The translations under genes were made by a program, and so were the position numbers. A stretch of 64,000 bases of DNA, from NCBI GenBank assembly GCA_951406725.2, contig OX597826.1:65658001-65722000 (forward strand). The letters are read 5' to 3'. Below, piece by piece: positions 1 to 13,969 of this stretch. The notes under the pieces are model-generated. The model was not told the DNA's origin and made no database searches. It saw nothing but the letters and a program-made list of their open reading frames with translations. Every line of letters starts with the position of its first letter. Position 1 is the stretch's first letter. The DNA is from Octopus vulgaris (taxonomy: Eukaryota).

Positions 1-80
1 AGGGGAGGAAGCACTTCCTGGAAAGTCTCGAGTGGAGGAGGGAGTACTTCCTGGAAAGTTCCGAGGAGAGGGAGGAAGCG
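1..80. repeat. Short ~35-bp tandem repeat remnant (GGAGGRAGYACTTCCTGGAAAGT units)
   Basis: ACTTCCTGGAAAGT occurs twice about 34 bp apart, and a third partial unit follows. Confidence 0.5.
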
Positions 81-141
81 CACGATCATGAATACAATAT
101 CCTAACTACTAAGCCATGCACACCCATTGGGCAATAACATT

Positions 142-290
142 GGTTTCAAATTTTGGCACAAATTTTGACATTTTGAATGTCAATTAAACCAACTGGTACT
201 TATTTTATCGACCTCAAATGTATGTGAAACAAAGTGGACCTCATTGGAATTTGAACTGAGAACGTAAACGATTCTGCCACCGCGCTACCT
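142..290 (-). mobile_element. Degenerate SINE family A copy
   Basis: Diverged match (aactggtacttattttatcgac...ggaatttgaactgagaacg) to the family A copies elsewhere in the window. Confidence 0.65.
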
Positions 291-310
291 CATCATTGAG
301 CAATAATATT

Positions 311-522
311 CTTTCCTAGTCTATGCACAAAGCCCGAAATTTTTGGGAAGGGGGCCAGTCGATTAGATCAACCCTAGTACGTAACTGGTACTTAATTTAT
401 CGACCCCGAAAGGATGAAAGGCAAAGTCGACTCAGAATTGGAACTCAGAACGTAAGGACAGACAAAATACCACCCGACATGCTTCGCTCAACATGCTAAC
501 GATTCTGCCAGTTCGCCGCCTT
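311..522 (-). mobile_element. SINE family A (tRNA-derived head; central GCCTTTCATCCTTTCGGGGTCGATAAA domain) with 19-bp TSD
   Basis: Reverse complement of GGCGGCGAACTGGCAGAATCGTTAGC...GAGTTC head; ATCATTGAGCAATAATATT duplicated at 292-310 and 523-541. Confidence 0.85.
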
Positions 523-896
523 ATCATTGAGCAATAATATTAACATGAAAATATACAGACGGGATATTAAACATTATCGACTGCTTTGACTACTTCTACA
601 TTATATCCTCTTCCTGTTTAATTGCTCATATTTTGAAATGTATTCTTTCAACAATCCTAACTTATTGAATAATTTATGAATTGCGTCAGAGATTTGATTA
701 ATTCTCTGAATATTTAAACTGAAACAATCTCTCGGTGTCAGCGAAACAGACCTTTGATGTAGATTGGATTAATTGGCAATGTTTGTTAGATGTGACACTT
801 GGTTGTTGATTAGACAACAATAGTTCGATGTATCCTAGATACATTGATATACTGTTCCAGGCCAGGAGACCGAAGATCTACAGAACCTTTTGACTG

Positions 897-1100
<204 letters not shown>

Positions 1101-1240
1101 ATTAATTCACTCTCTCTATCCATTCCATATCTCTAATAACTGAAATTTAAAATTTAAAATTTTATAGTAAGTTTAATTAGGGGCATAATTAGGGGCTTGG
1201 GCAGAAAAGAGAAGAAAACTAAAAATGATAATTATAATAA

Positions 1241-1395
1241 TTGTTTCTGATTTTAGTAGAAGACCAGTAGTTCTGAAGAGTGCGCTTAGTCGAAGCCATC
1301 GACTCCAGTACTTCACTGGTATTGTATTTTATCGATCCCGGAAAGTTTAAGGGCAATGTTGACTTCGGCGAGACTCCAACTCACAACATAAAGGG
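1241..1395 (-). mobile_element. Old degenerate SINE family A copy
   Basis: gtcgaagccatcgactccagtacttcactggtattgtattttatcgatcccggaaag matches the family A core. Confidence 0.6.
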
Positions 1396-1491
1396 CACTT
1401 TCTGTTGCTGAAACCATAGTGGATAATACATAATAATACCCGTATTCAGCAATCATCAGTTATAATGGATAATACATAATATGATATAATA

Positions 1492-2278
1492 CAGTTGAAG
1501 ATCCCTTATTCGAAATCTATGTGACCGAGACTATTTCTGACTTTGAGTTTTCTGTGTATTTTTACATTTGCATCTGTAAAATGGGACAGCTTGTTGATGG
1601 GACCTAAGTCTAAGCACGATATTCATTTACATTTCATAATATACCTTATACATATACCCTGAATATAGTCTTATATAAATTTTTAATAATATTTTATACA
1701 TAATACCATTAGAAAGTTAAGATATCAGTCTCGGTCTACGATGAAATGTTTTGATTAAAAAGTTACTGTACACGTAGGCCATTTGTATTTTATGTTTTGC
1801 TATATGGGTATTTGCTTTTACGTAAAGCATAGAAACAAAGGTTTGAACATGATTGCAGCAAATAAAGTGAAAGCTGAAAAAGTCAGAATTTTATTTTTAA
1901 GGTAATGTCTAAGTAATAATGAGTTCACTTAACATTTTAGCATTCAAACAAGCCATATCAGACAAATATTCTTCCTGCTCTATGTTCAAACCGGGCAGAT
2001 TAGAGCTCTCACACTAACCCTACAATGTCATTCTAAAAATAAACAATCATATCACTAAAATCTCAAAGCTATGAGATAATGTGTGACAAATTCAAAACAA
2101 TGTGAACAGATAAGAATAACATTTAACAAAATAATTTGAATACTAAATGATTAACAGTCAGGTTGTTGTAAAGAAACATGTGGAATTTTCCACTGGTGGC
2201 ATGTCATGTCAATGTTCAAAAATCTTCCGGAGTTTGGAGCTGTCAGATTTTGGGATTTCGGATAAAGGACTTCAATTG
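1492..2278. mobile_element. Tigger/pogo-type MITE with TA target duplication
   Basis: TIRs CAGTTGAAGATCCCTTATTCGAAATC / GATTTCGGATAAAGGACTTCAATTG, flanked by TA on both sides. Confidence 0.75.
1933..2150. mobile_element. piggyBac-type MITE nested in the Tigger MITE
   Basis: TTAA at 1929-1932 and 2151-2154 flank degenerate TIRs CATTTTAGCATTCAAA / TTTGAATACTAAATGA. Confidence 0.65.
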
Positions 2279-3050
2279 TATCTTGATAAAAATGCTTAAA
2301 TAGTGAGTAAATGATATGAGGGTGGTCGAACGTATCCTGTAAAGATAAGTAGGCGGAAGACCGTAGGATATTGTGAGAAAATGAACGTTGAGTGGGAAAA
2401 TTTTCTCATATATTTTCTACAACGGACTATTGCAATGACTGTTTCAATACCTTATAATTATTTTAACACATTTTTCAACTAAAAGCAACCACCACCTCTA
2501 CAATACCCTCAGCGAAAACAATATAATAATTAAGAAGAAAAAAAAATTAATTTCTTCAAAGTCTAAATACATATAGGAAAAATAACCCGTTTGAAAAAAA
2601 TAAAATTGTCGAAATGTTGAAATCTCATCAAGTATTAAATTGCTTATTCCGTAACAAATGTTGGACAATCAAACATTTGTTGTTTGATAATGAGATACAC
2701 GAGACATTAATATATGCATGAAGTGGGTATAGTTTGTGTATGCATATATGTATATGTATGTATGTATGAATGTATGTGTATTTTTGTATGTATGCATACA
2801 CACACATATTGTACGCGCGTGTATGCATATATGCACATTTGAATATATGAATATACGTATACTTGTGTGTATGTGAGAATTTATAGGCGTACGTATTTAT
2901 GTATGTGTATGAATGTGTATGCATGCGTCTGTGTGTGTGTATGTGTGTGTGTGAGTGTGTGTCTGTCTGTATATATGTATATGCGTGTACAGCTGTCTGT
3001 ATGGTTGCATGCATGTATAGTTCGCATGTGTGTATATATGCATTTGTTAA

Positions 3051-3093
<43 letters not shown>

Positions 3094-3107
3094 ATATATA
3101 TATGTAT

Positions 3108-3313
<206 letters not shown>

Positions 3314-3316
3314 AGA

Positions 3317-3558
3317 GCGGCGAGCTGGCAGAATCGTTAGCATGCCGGACGAAATGCTTAGTGGTATTTCGTCTGCCGTTACGTTCTGAGTTCAAATTCC
3401 ACCGAGGTCGACTTTTCCTTTCATCCTTTCGGGGTCGATTAAATAAGTACTAGTTACGCACTGGGGTCGATATCTGTCCTTGTTTGTCCTTGTCCGATGT
3501 CTGTCCTTGTTTGTCTCTTCTATATTTAGTAGCCTGTGGACAATAAATAAATAAATAT
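3317..3558 (+). mobile_element. SINE family A, near full length
   Basis: GGCGAGCTGGCAGAATCGTTAGC A-box-like head, GAGTTCAAATTCC B-box-like motif, core domain and tail. Confidence 0.85.
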
Positions 3559-4031
3559 ATATAAGAAATAGAAAACAAAACAATAAATTGAAGAATTATA
3601 AATTCAATTCAATTTAAATATCTTATACAAACAAATGACAACACATCTCGTAAATTATAGCTGTTTCCTCTTCATTAATAAAACTAAGGTTTCAAGAATA
3701 ATCAAATCTGTTTAAATATGTAATGATGCTTCATCAGATAGACATATTTGCTTAAATATTTGACGACAAATATCAATTAAAAATATTTATAATTCCTAAA
3801 AACGTTTTATAAAAGCGAGCTCAATCATAAATAAGTAAATAATCTAACTGAAATTAGGTAAATTCATAAATTTAAACCTATAACCGATTTTTTTTACACA
3901 ATACACGCGTTCACATATACATATTTATACATACTTATATCTACACACATACACCTATCATTTATGTATACATACACACACACACGTACGTATATACAGA
4001 TGCATATACACATACACAAGTTTGGTTATTC

Positions 4032-4129
<98 letters not shown>

Positions 4130-4346
4130 CTAATGTAGGATAAAATTTTTTCGGGAAAAAATTTTATCAATGGCCAGCATATCAAACAATACCTTTAAAG
4201 GTTAAATTTATAAATAATTTACAAGATAAGGGCAAAAGAAAAATTCTAATGCCAAATATGCCGAAAAAAAGACAAAACTTTTCAATAACCATTATAATTT
4301 ATGCGTCTCGAAAACAAACCGATAGAAATTTCTAAAAAATTCGTTA

Positions 4347-4407
4347 TTACCGTATTGGTTCAATTTCGGGGTTAATTAATAAGCAATTTTCCCCTCTTCA
4401 GCGGCAA
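4347..4407 (-). ncRNA. Type I hammerhead ribozyme motif with intact core
   Basis: Minus strand reads UUGCCG-CUGAAGA-GGGG..CCCC-GAAA-UUG aac CAA-UA^CGGUAA; stems I, II and III all pair. Confidence 0.8.
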
Positions 4408-5239
4408 ATACGCGAGATATAAGTGAAATACTTACTCATACCCATGGAAAAAGCAAGCACTAAGTCCTGAGCAAACCTAAGTACCCCAAATATATCCAAA
4501 ATAGAAAAATCTTCGGCACATCTCGAGACACGTGTGATTCGAACTAGAAACTTTCACAGAGTGACAGAATCCGGAAGTGAACACTATTCAATTTATAACT
4601 AATGTAGAACAAAATTTTTTCGGGAGATAACTATTTTTCCGTTTATAGAAACAAAACGAAAAACAAAATCAATTCGATATCGTCAACGAAAAAGAAACCA
4701 TTTACATATATACATACAACAGAGGCAACGTAGTACAATACAAAGGAAATGTTCCACATACTAACAGTGAACCAAAACAACAAATTAACTAAGATAAATA
4801 CGTTATATCTACATATATACCCCGTTATCCATTTACTCACATACATATACTTATCGATACTTACAAAACAAAACGAAAAACGAATCCAATTCTATAGGGA
4901 GATAGAAAAATAAATTGTATATATACATCAAAACCAAAATTAAACCAATATAAAATAATTTATTGTTTTAGATCCAGCTATTGTTTTAGTTTCCATTCTA
5001 TATCTTCTACATTGGCCCTGGCATTAGGGGGGTTATTATTAACACATTCTCTATTTGAATAAAATAAATCTAATTTTTTTATTATTTATAGAAGCTATGA
5101 TAGTAGCTAAGTTATGAGTTAAAGTATATCCTATCTTTATTTTTTTATTGTTAATAATTTCATAATATCTATTATTTATATTGAAATGCTTATTAATTAG
5201 CCTATAAATACATTTTACCAAATTAGTTCTTATTTAATG

Positions 5240-5630
5240 GCATGTGGTTGAGTAGCTTGCTAACCAACCACATGGTTCCGGGTTCAGTCCCACTGCGTGG
5301 CATCTTGGGCAAGTGTCTTCTGCTATAGCCCTGGGCCGACCAATGCCTTGTGAGTGGATTTGGTAGACGGAAACTGAAAGAAGCCTGTCGTATATATGTA
5401 TATATATATGTATGTGTGTGTGTGTGTTTGTGTTTGTCCCCCTAGCATTGCTTGACCACCGATGCTGGTGTGTTTACGTCCCCGTCACTTAGCGGTTCGG
5501 CAAAAGAGACCGATAGAATAAGTACTGGGCTTACAAAGAATAAGTCCTGGGGTCGATTTGCTCGACTAAAGGTGGTGCTCCAGCATGGCCGTAGTCAAAT
5601 GACTGAAACAAGTAAAAGAGTAAAAGAGTA
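5240..5630 (+). mobile_element. SINE family C (tRNA-like head, internal TA/TG microsatellite, GTAAAAGA tail)
   Basis: GGTTCCGGGTTCAGTCCC B-box-like motif; matches the copies at 18340, 54765 and 63609. Confidence 0.85.
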
Positions 5631-6773
5631 ATATGGGATTATAAGCCATATTATTTTATTACTATCTACTTTATTATTGTTGAAACCACTAAAATTATTT
5701 TTATTCATTAAGATATCATTTTAAATTTCATTCGGTTTCTTTATATATCTATGATTTTTATTATTATCATTAGTTTTTATATTATTATTCCTATTATCAA
5801 ATTTAGTGATTTTATTTATAATATTATTATCTTTAATATATTCTAGTTTATTCTTACATCCTGCTTTACTTAAAGCCAAATCATATTGATCTTTATGTCT
5901 ATTAAATATATCTTCATTATAAGATAAATATGAAATTCTCTTACTAATATTATATACTAATGCTTTTTTCATAGGTGAGCGATTGCTTTGATAATTTATA
6001 TACTTTGATTTGTAATTTGGTTTCATTTATGGTTCATGTATTCCAGGTAATAAATTACAGTTCATATCTAAGAAATTAATTGAATTATATTCTTTTTCTA
6101 TAGTTATAGACCAAATCCTTTTAAAAATTTAAATAATCGTTTTTATGAGTTCTAGAGAATATACTTAGGATAATCATTTTTAATCCATAATGCAGTCAAT
6201 TAATAAGTTCTTACATTTTTTGCCTACATTACATTTCGGCCAATTGTTATTGTCCGTATCTACACCTTTAAAGTGCATTATGATGTTATAAAACACTGGC
6301 CTCTTCTGGGCATATTTGACTTCTATTGTTTTCACTTTTCTTGAATGGAGAATTTATTCCGACTGAATGGTAAGCCTTTAGTTCTTTTGTTTAGCTGCGT
6401 GCTGGATGTTGTTCTAAAAGTAATTCAAAAATTGTCGGCCGAAACGTAACGTAAGCGAAAAATATAAGAACTTATTAATTGACAGCACTATGATTAAAAA
6501 AATGATTATCCTACGTGTACTCTGTTTTCTTTAAACCATTAATTATTTCTCATGTATTGAAAATAATGAAGTCTCCCTAGAGAAAACTGAACTTTCGGAA
6601 GTGAAAAGTACTAAAATGGTTAACCAAACCAATCAAGAATATTAGTACATAAACGCGAATGATATCCAGAATCATCAATCGATAATAGCGCAAAACTGGT
6701 GCTCGCTTGGAAAACATATCCCTACAAAAGAAAACTTCTTTACGAAGAAAAGGTTATTTTTTTCAATACAGAC

Positions 6774-7255
<482 letters not shown>

Positions 7256-7339
7256 TATGAGTGTGGATATCATTGCATAAGTGGATCAGTATATAAGTGT
7301 ATATTTGTACGTGTATACGAGTGTATATGTAGTTATGTC

Positions 7340-8720
7340 AGGTTAACTCTTTGGACTGTTTTACATCTTTTCACAGTTCCATTAATGGCTTGTAACTGCA
7401 ATTTTCATTAATTAGCATAATTTCTGATTTTGTAAAACTCAGCTTCCCATGATTAATGTCGAGGTACTTAATTACACAACCAAAAGCTCCAATAATTACA
7501 GACGTAGACCAGGGAGAAGTGTCTGCAGATTTCCCATTAGTCTGGTATGGACATTTCTTTTCTCCCAAGATTCAACATTATAATAGCATCTTCTGGATCA
7601 ATGTTTTCAATTGCTGCTCACATTCTATTTTCTCTGTCCCAGATACCTGTCATTATATCTAGAGCAGTGGCTGTCAACTAGGGTCCACATGACCCTTGGG
7701 CGTCCATATAAAATTTTGTTGCTAAAATTTGTCTGCAAAAATTTTATTCTAGTTTCACAATACGCAAAATATTTTAACAATTTTTTAAATACAATTCCAT
7801 ATAATATTCAAGCATAAAAATATAGTGTTTTTTTCCTTTTTAAATTTAAAGTGGCTATGGGGGTCCAGTTGAGTAAAATAGGAATCAAAGGGGCCGACAG
7901 GTAAAAAAGAAATGGTTGAGAACCTCTGTTATAAAGGCGACGAGTTGGTAAAACCGTTAGCACGTCGGGCAAAAATGGTTAGCGGCATTTCATCCCGTCC
8001 TTAGGTTCTGAGTTCAAATTTCGCGGAGTTCGTGATTATATGTAGGCATAAGCACTTGCACTTACGTTCTCTGTGAACATGTCATCTTAGAACTTAAGTG
8101 TGCGTGCGTGTGCATGTGTGTGTGTCTGTGTGTGTGTGTGTGATTGCTTGTAACATATGTCTCGTTGTAGGTGCAGACAACCACACAGCTATGCCTGCGA
8201 CTATCAGATATGGATAAATGAGAATTGATAATCTGAATGTAGACACTGCAGGATCCGAACTAGCTATCTGTAAATATTCTCTTTTTCTTACTAATAAGCT
8301 TTTACGTCAGTAAGGCAGCTGACCTTGAAATCTTTTGTAATTTTCCTCTTTTTCTCCTAACAGCTACATCAAACCTTTTATGTTTACACTTGGCAGAAGC
8401 GTTGGGGGTAATGTTCTCCAATATTCTTTCTGATCATACATATGTATCTATTCAATAGCAGAAATATTTTCTTCTTTCATTCCAGGGCAATATTTACAAC
8501 GGATGTCGTTCTTTAGGAACAAAATCGTGCTGCTTCGGAATAGGAGAGATAAAGAAACCATTAGTGTAAAGGTTTTGAATTTTTTCTGTGTTCAGCTATC
8601 AAATAAGAACATGTTTTTTTGGCCAAATTCCATCCCTGCATCAGCTGAAGATGTTCTTTTAATTCAGCTGTTGTTCAGTATTGAAATCTTTCAAGTATAG
8701 ATCTTTCCATCGACCATAAC
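7340..8720 (-). mobile_element. Highly degraded R4/Dong-like RLE non-LTR retrotransposon
   Basis: Minus-strand peptides VIIGAFG..YLDIN.GKL.F.K.E and ..NGTVK.CKT match the C-terminus at 13110-13388; SADAGMEFG near 8630 resembles the RT segment after the DD motif. Confidence 0.6.
7664..7929. mobile_element. hAT-type MITE
   Basis: Ends CAGTGGCTGTCAAC / GGTTGAGAACCTCTG; a related partial copy lies near 50420. Confidence 0.6.
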
Positions 8721-8790
8721 GAAACATATGGTTTACGCTGGTGGCTTTTGAATAATCTAGTGTTAAGATATTTAGTACAGGTGCATCGCA

Positions 8791-8852
<62 letters not shown>

Positions 8853-9285
8853 ACACATATACATTACATACATACATACATGCATACATACATTGGATCT
8901 AGTTTAGAAACTTCTTTCTCTATTGGCAAGAAATCTTGAAATAAAAGGGAATAATCACACACACACACACACATATATATATCCATGTGTATACGCACTC
9001 ACATATATATACAAATTAGCTGGAACCCTGACACAATGTATTTGGAATTTAATTTATAAACAGATTTCCTATTCTACGTCTTTAATGAACGTCTTTAGCA
9101 TCTCCCTGAATATAGACAACGCGCTCAAAGCACAGGGCTCCCAGTAACCGAGATATAAGATCGAATTGATAAGCTGTCAAGAGAATTTAGTGATATTACA
9201 TATTAAGAAGGTAAACTCCAGAACAGATCTGACAGCATTTCCATAACTGTGCAAAGTTAGACCAAGCCCACCCTCTCTGTCACTG

Positions 9286-9317
<32 letters not shown>

Positions 9318-9320
9318 AAT

Positions 9321-9402
<82 letters not shown>

Positions 9403-9403
<1 letters not shown>

Positions 9404-9575
9404 CGAGTAAGTACATAAATGCAAAACAAAGTAAAAAAATAGTACTCGAATACCAAAGGTAGAGTAATATGCTTTTAATAAAGCTGCAAAATTTTCACAA
9501 AACTGTTACTCAGAGTTTCACATTCCCGTTCGTTGGATAGATGTGATGTTCGACGAAGGAAAAACGCGAAACTAT
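9403..9575 (-). mobile_element. PLE pLTR fragment related to 63097-63251, with a decayed hammerhead and a short inverted second copy
   Basis: Aligns to the reverse complement of the 63.1-63.25 kb pLTR; minus strand reads CCAACGA-ACGGGAATGT-GAAA-CTCTGAG-TA-ACAGTTTT. Confidence 0.75.
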
Positions 9576-10439
9576 TAATCTATGTGACCCGGGAAGGATC
9601 TCCACATACGGAGCACCAACAGGAAATTGCACAACCTTATGAAAGAATATATGCATACGAACACTTTATTGGATGCCTTGAAAAACATCCCGAGCGCCAC
9701 CCTTCTTCATCTGAGTAAGCAATTAAAAAAAAGGGTTTCAGCGGACTTCATCCCGTTAATTTTTAGACACTGTATATCTAGGATCACATTATCCAATATG
9801 TTTTGTACTTTTTTGAATATGGTAGAGTTTGATTTGGAAGTAGCTTCTTTGCTGGCGTCCTTTGAAATATGTGGGCGAGATAGGTTAACTTGTAGGGGAG
9901 TACTTTAAATTATAGGCTGATTCTTATATGAAGACAACAGTGTGGTCATTGGTGATGGAGATGAACTCTCATCTCCAGCTTCAGACAGAACAATGAGAAG
10001 GTGAGACAATCGCTAGTAAACTTCTACATTTCTCTGAGCGGTATCCAGAGAATGAGCATGAGTGGTTGTTAAATTCAATAAAAGGTTCGCAAAATGTCTA
10101 ATATTATAGTATAACTAAATACATTTGATATAGTAAATATATTTGATGTACTAAGATATCTTCATGACACGGAATCTTTTAACTACATCCCAGTTATCAT
10201 GTAGTCTGAGAATAAGAATAAGACTGGACACTTCTAAATTTCTAGGTCGATGACAAACTTTATTATCCCAGATGATATTTTGATTAAGTACCTCCATGTG
10301 TCACCAATAACGTGATACAAAGCTGGACCACCTAAGCTAAAACTGTGGCTTGGGAACTCAAAATGTATGAATGATACCTGTTGATATGCAAGTCAACAGA
10401 TGAACAACTACAACCACATAACTAAGGGTAATAGCATAT

Positions 10440-10843
10440 ATAAATGGCATTTGTAGATTTGTAGGCCAGCAGCTGAATGCTTTTAGGTAGCTGTTATATC
10501 ATATAATAATATACTTAGAAAGGAGCAAAATGTGAGTGACTTATGTAGATTAGTGGGCTAACAACTTCAGCTATTACCTCAGCTACATAACAATATATCT
10601 AAGAGCAGCAAGATATACGAGTGATACGTATAGGTTAATAGGATCACAGCTGAAAAAACTCAGATAAAGAGCAATGTACCTGAAAGGTAGCAAAAGATAT
10701 GGGTGGCATCGTAGATTAGAAGGCTAAAAGCTGAACAGTCTTGCGTATATAACAATTTATCTAAGAGCAGCAAAACGTATGAGCGACATCTGTAGATTAG
10801 TAGGCTAACAGACGAAAACCCTCAGCTTAAGAGCGTTGTACAT

Positions 10844-10896
<53 letters not shown>

Positions 10897-11054
10897 TAGG
10901 GAGATGATAGCAAACTACCTGGGTGGCATCGTAGTTTAGTAGGTTAATAGCTGAACAACCTCACCTTAGACCACTGTTCCTGGGGTAGCAAAATAAATTA
11001 ATGACACCTGTAAATTAATAGGCCAGCAGCGGAACAGGTTGATATATATGTGTG

Positions 11055-11108
<54 letters not shown>

Positions 11109-11460
11109 CACGTATATATACATATATATATATATATACATACACACACGCGCTCACGCACACACACGCACACACACAGATATATCCTTGAGTTACTAAA
11201 ATATTTGAAGTACACCCGTAGATTTGAAAGTCAATATGAGAATCACCTCAACTAACACATGTATAACAAATATAGCTACGGGTGCCAACGCGTATGAAGG
11301 ACACCTATAGATGTCTGCAGACTATCAACAGAAATTTTCCTACCCACTCGGTTACCAGTTGCATAACTAAATACATCTGGGATGCTAACATATATGGGTG
11401 ACACCCAGGAAGAAATACCACATCGGTGAAAGGTGCATCCTGTTGAGTGTATGGAGCTCA
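10440..11460. repeat. Ancient diverged tandem array, ~80-90 bp period
   Basis: Recurring GRCAYCTGTAGATTAGTAGGCTAACAGCTGAA-like motif near 10447, 10538, 10623, 10706, 10785, 10926 and 11003. Confidence 0.7.
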
Positions 11461-11676
11461 TTATGTAAGCTTTTCGTTTCTGTTATTTGTAGAAAAACAA
11501 GTGATTGTTTTGGAAATGCAGAGCAAGGTTCGGGTGGGGTTTACCCCTTTCGTTCTCTTTCCACCCCGTCTTTCTTGCTCTATCAACTACTCACTCTTCT
11601 GCTCTCTCTCACTGTCAATCAAGTCCTCTTACTCCTTCTGGTTAGCTCTCTACTCAACACTTCTCCTTCCTAAAAT

Positions 11677-11711
<35 letters not shown>

Positions 11712-11766
11712 TATACATATACATATATACACATATTTACATACATATGTATACATGCACATATGC

Positions 11767-11823
<57 letters not shown>

Positions 11824-11907
11824 AGATAAATATATTCATATGTAACTATACATATATATATATACATGTATACACACATAACATTTGCATGTAACTATAT
11901 ATATGCA

Positions 11908-11971
<64 letters not shown>

Positions 11972-11982
11972 TAAATACATAC

Positions 11983-12049
<67 letters not shown>

Positions 12050-12243
12050 ATGTAAGCATATATGGTGTGTGTATGTTTGTACGTAATGACACATATGTGC
12101 ATGTTACATATGTTTACGTTTATATATTTGTTTACGTTCATGCCTGGCTCTTTTTTTATGTCAGACAATGTATGCGTTTGTGGATATAAGCAAAAGCCCT
12201 CTTTTAAGAATGTTCACACACACAGAGACACATTGTGTATTGA

Positions 12244-12339
<96 letters not shown>

Positions 12340-12459
12340 AAGCAAGCTAGTAAGCTTGCTGACTGTGTCTGTGGGTTTATACATCTTTATCACGCCTGCA
12401 ATTGTATGTGTGTATGTGGAGTGAGGCAGTGAAGAATTATACATACATACATACAAGCT

Positions 12460-13715
12460 TGCTTACATGAGCCTGATAACATCACAAGACTTGGAAGGCA
12501 GCTCCTTGAGCAACACTCTTTGTCTGATAACCTAGAATATATGCCCAAGGAACGCGCACGGCTCTACCGGAATGTATTATCAGATGAAAGGATGAGCCTA
12601 TATGAGCAGAAGACTATGCATGGACATGTCAGTAGAAAGCTCCGTGATGATAGTAACATCGACCATCAAAGCAGTTTATCATGGACCAATAGCCGGATTT
12701 CTATCTCCCACTATGAAGGGTATGCGTTTGCAATCCAGGAACAGGAAATATCAACCAAGTACCTGATGCACAAAAGGGATAGAGATGCAGGAAAAGCCGT
12801 AAAATGTGACAACCGATGCAGACTTTGTGGAGTTCACACTGAAGATATGCACATCATAAGCATCATAAGCAGTCCGAAAATGTTATCATGGTATTATCTA
12901 CCGATGAGATATGATGTTGTAGCTAGGACACTCTATAATGAAATCCGTCGGTAGGATAATCCCGAGGACAAAGAAATAAGAATCCACAATATGGTTGAAG
13001 CCATAGCCACTCATAATAAAAAGGAATGTTCCAGTGAAGACCTCGATAAAATGTAAGCTCAAAACACCTGATATCATTATTTGGAAAAGATAAGAGAAAC
13101 TGTGCACAGTTGTGGAAAATAGCTGCCCAGCGGAGGTTAACATACGAAAAAGAGAACACCTGTGCCGAACTATTGAGAAATCTGCAGTTACTCTTTCCAG
13201 ATTACAAGTTCAGGTTTATACCTGTAATTATTGGGGCCATGGGACATGTAAGACACTGCCTAAATACAAATCTTGAGAAATTAGGCATCTCAAAACCAGA
13301 AAGGAGAAAGCTAATTCGAAGACTACAGATTCAATCCATCACTGGAACTGTAAAAATCTGTAAAACTTTCCAGAAGTTTATCATTTAAATATATATGAGC
13401 ATGTCTAGATATGCAACTATATGCATGAGAATACACATACATAAAACATACGAATCTGCACATACATACATACATATATACATACATAGATACATACATA
13501 CATGCATATATGCATGCAAACAAAAATATCCTGTTGTTGATGTTAAAATTCCAATGAAGGAGCCTTGGTTTTTGGTTAGAAACCGGTTCTTTCTCTATTG
13601 GCAAGAAATCTTGAAATAAACCGAATGACATACATACATACATACATACATACATTCCCCCTCTCTTTCTCCCTCTCTCTCCCGTTTCCCTTCTCACAAT
13701 CTCTTTTCTCTGTGT

Positions 13716-13796
<81 letters not shown>

Positions 13797-13915
13797 AGCG
13801 AGCGTGTCATATAGTTCAAAACACTTAAGACTCGCTAACTCAGTAGAGCTATCAGCTGACGGAATTATCATGTGAGGAAAACAGGCACATGAAAGATGTG
13901 AAAGCTCGAAGGAAG
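12460..13915 (+). mobile_element. 5'-truncated R4/Dong-like non-LTR retrotransposon (zinc knuckle + restriction-like endonuclease), pseudogenised
   Basis: HG..; EGYAFAIQEQEISTK; CRLC..H knuckle; MRYDVVARTLY (RHD-like); PDIIIW (PD motif); FIPVIIGAMG; disrupted by a stop at 12952-12954 and frameshifts; the 3' UTR boundary before (GA)n is approximate. Confidence 0.85.
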
Positions 13916-13919
13916 GAGG

Positions 13920-13969
<50 letters not shown>

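Larger units (their letters stand above)
4126..6130 (-). mobile_element. Degraded Penelope-like element (RT-thumb remnant plus partial-tandem pLTR), interrupted by a SINE C
   Basis: Minus-strand peptide ..INFLDM..KPN..YINYQSN..ISKRISYLS.NEDIFN...YDLAL.KAG is homologous to the PLE ORF at 60999-61280; 30-bp direct repeat ATAACTAATGTAGRAYAAAATTTTTTCGGGA at 4126 and 4596; hammerhead motif inside. Confidence 0.75.

Noticed and set aside
10440-11460. Degenerate C2H2 zinc-finger array
   Set aside because: The period is similar to 84 bp, but no CxxC, HxxxH or TGEKP signature is readable.
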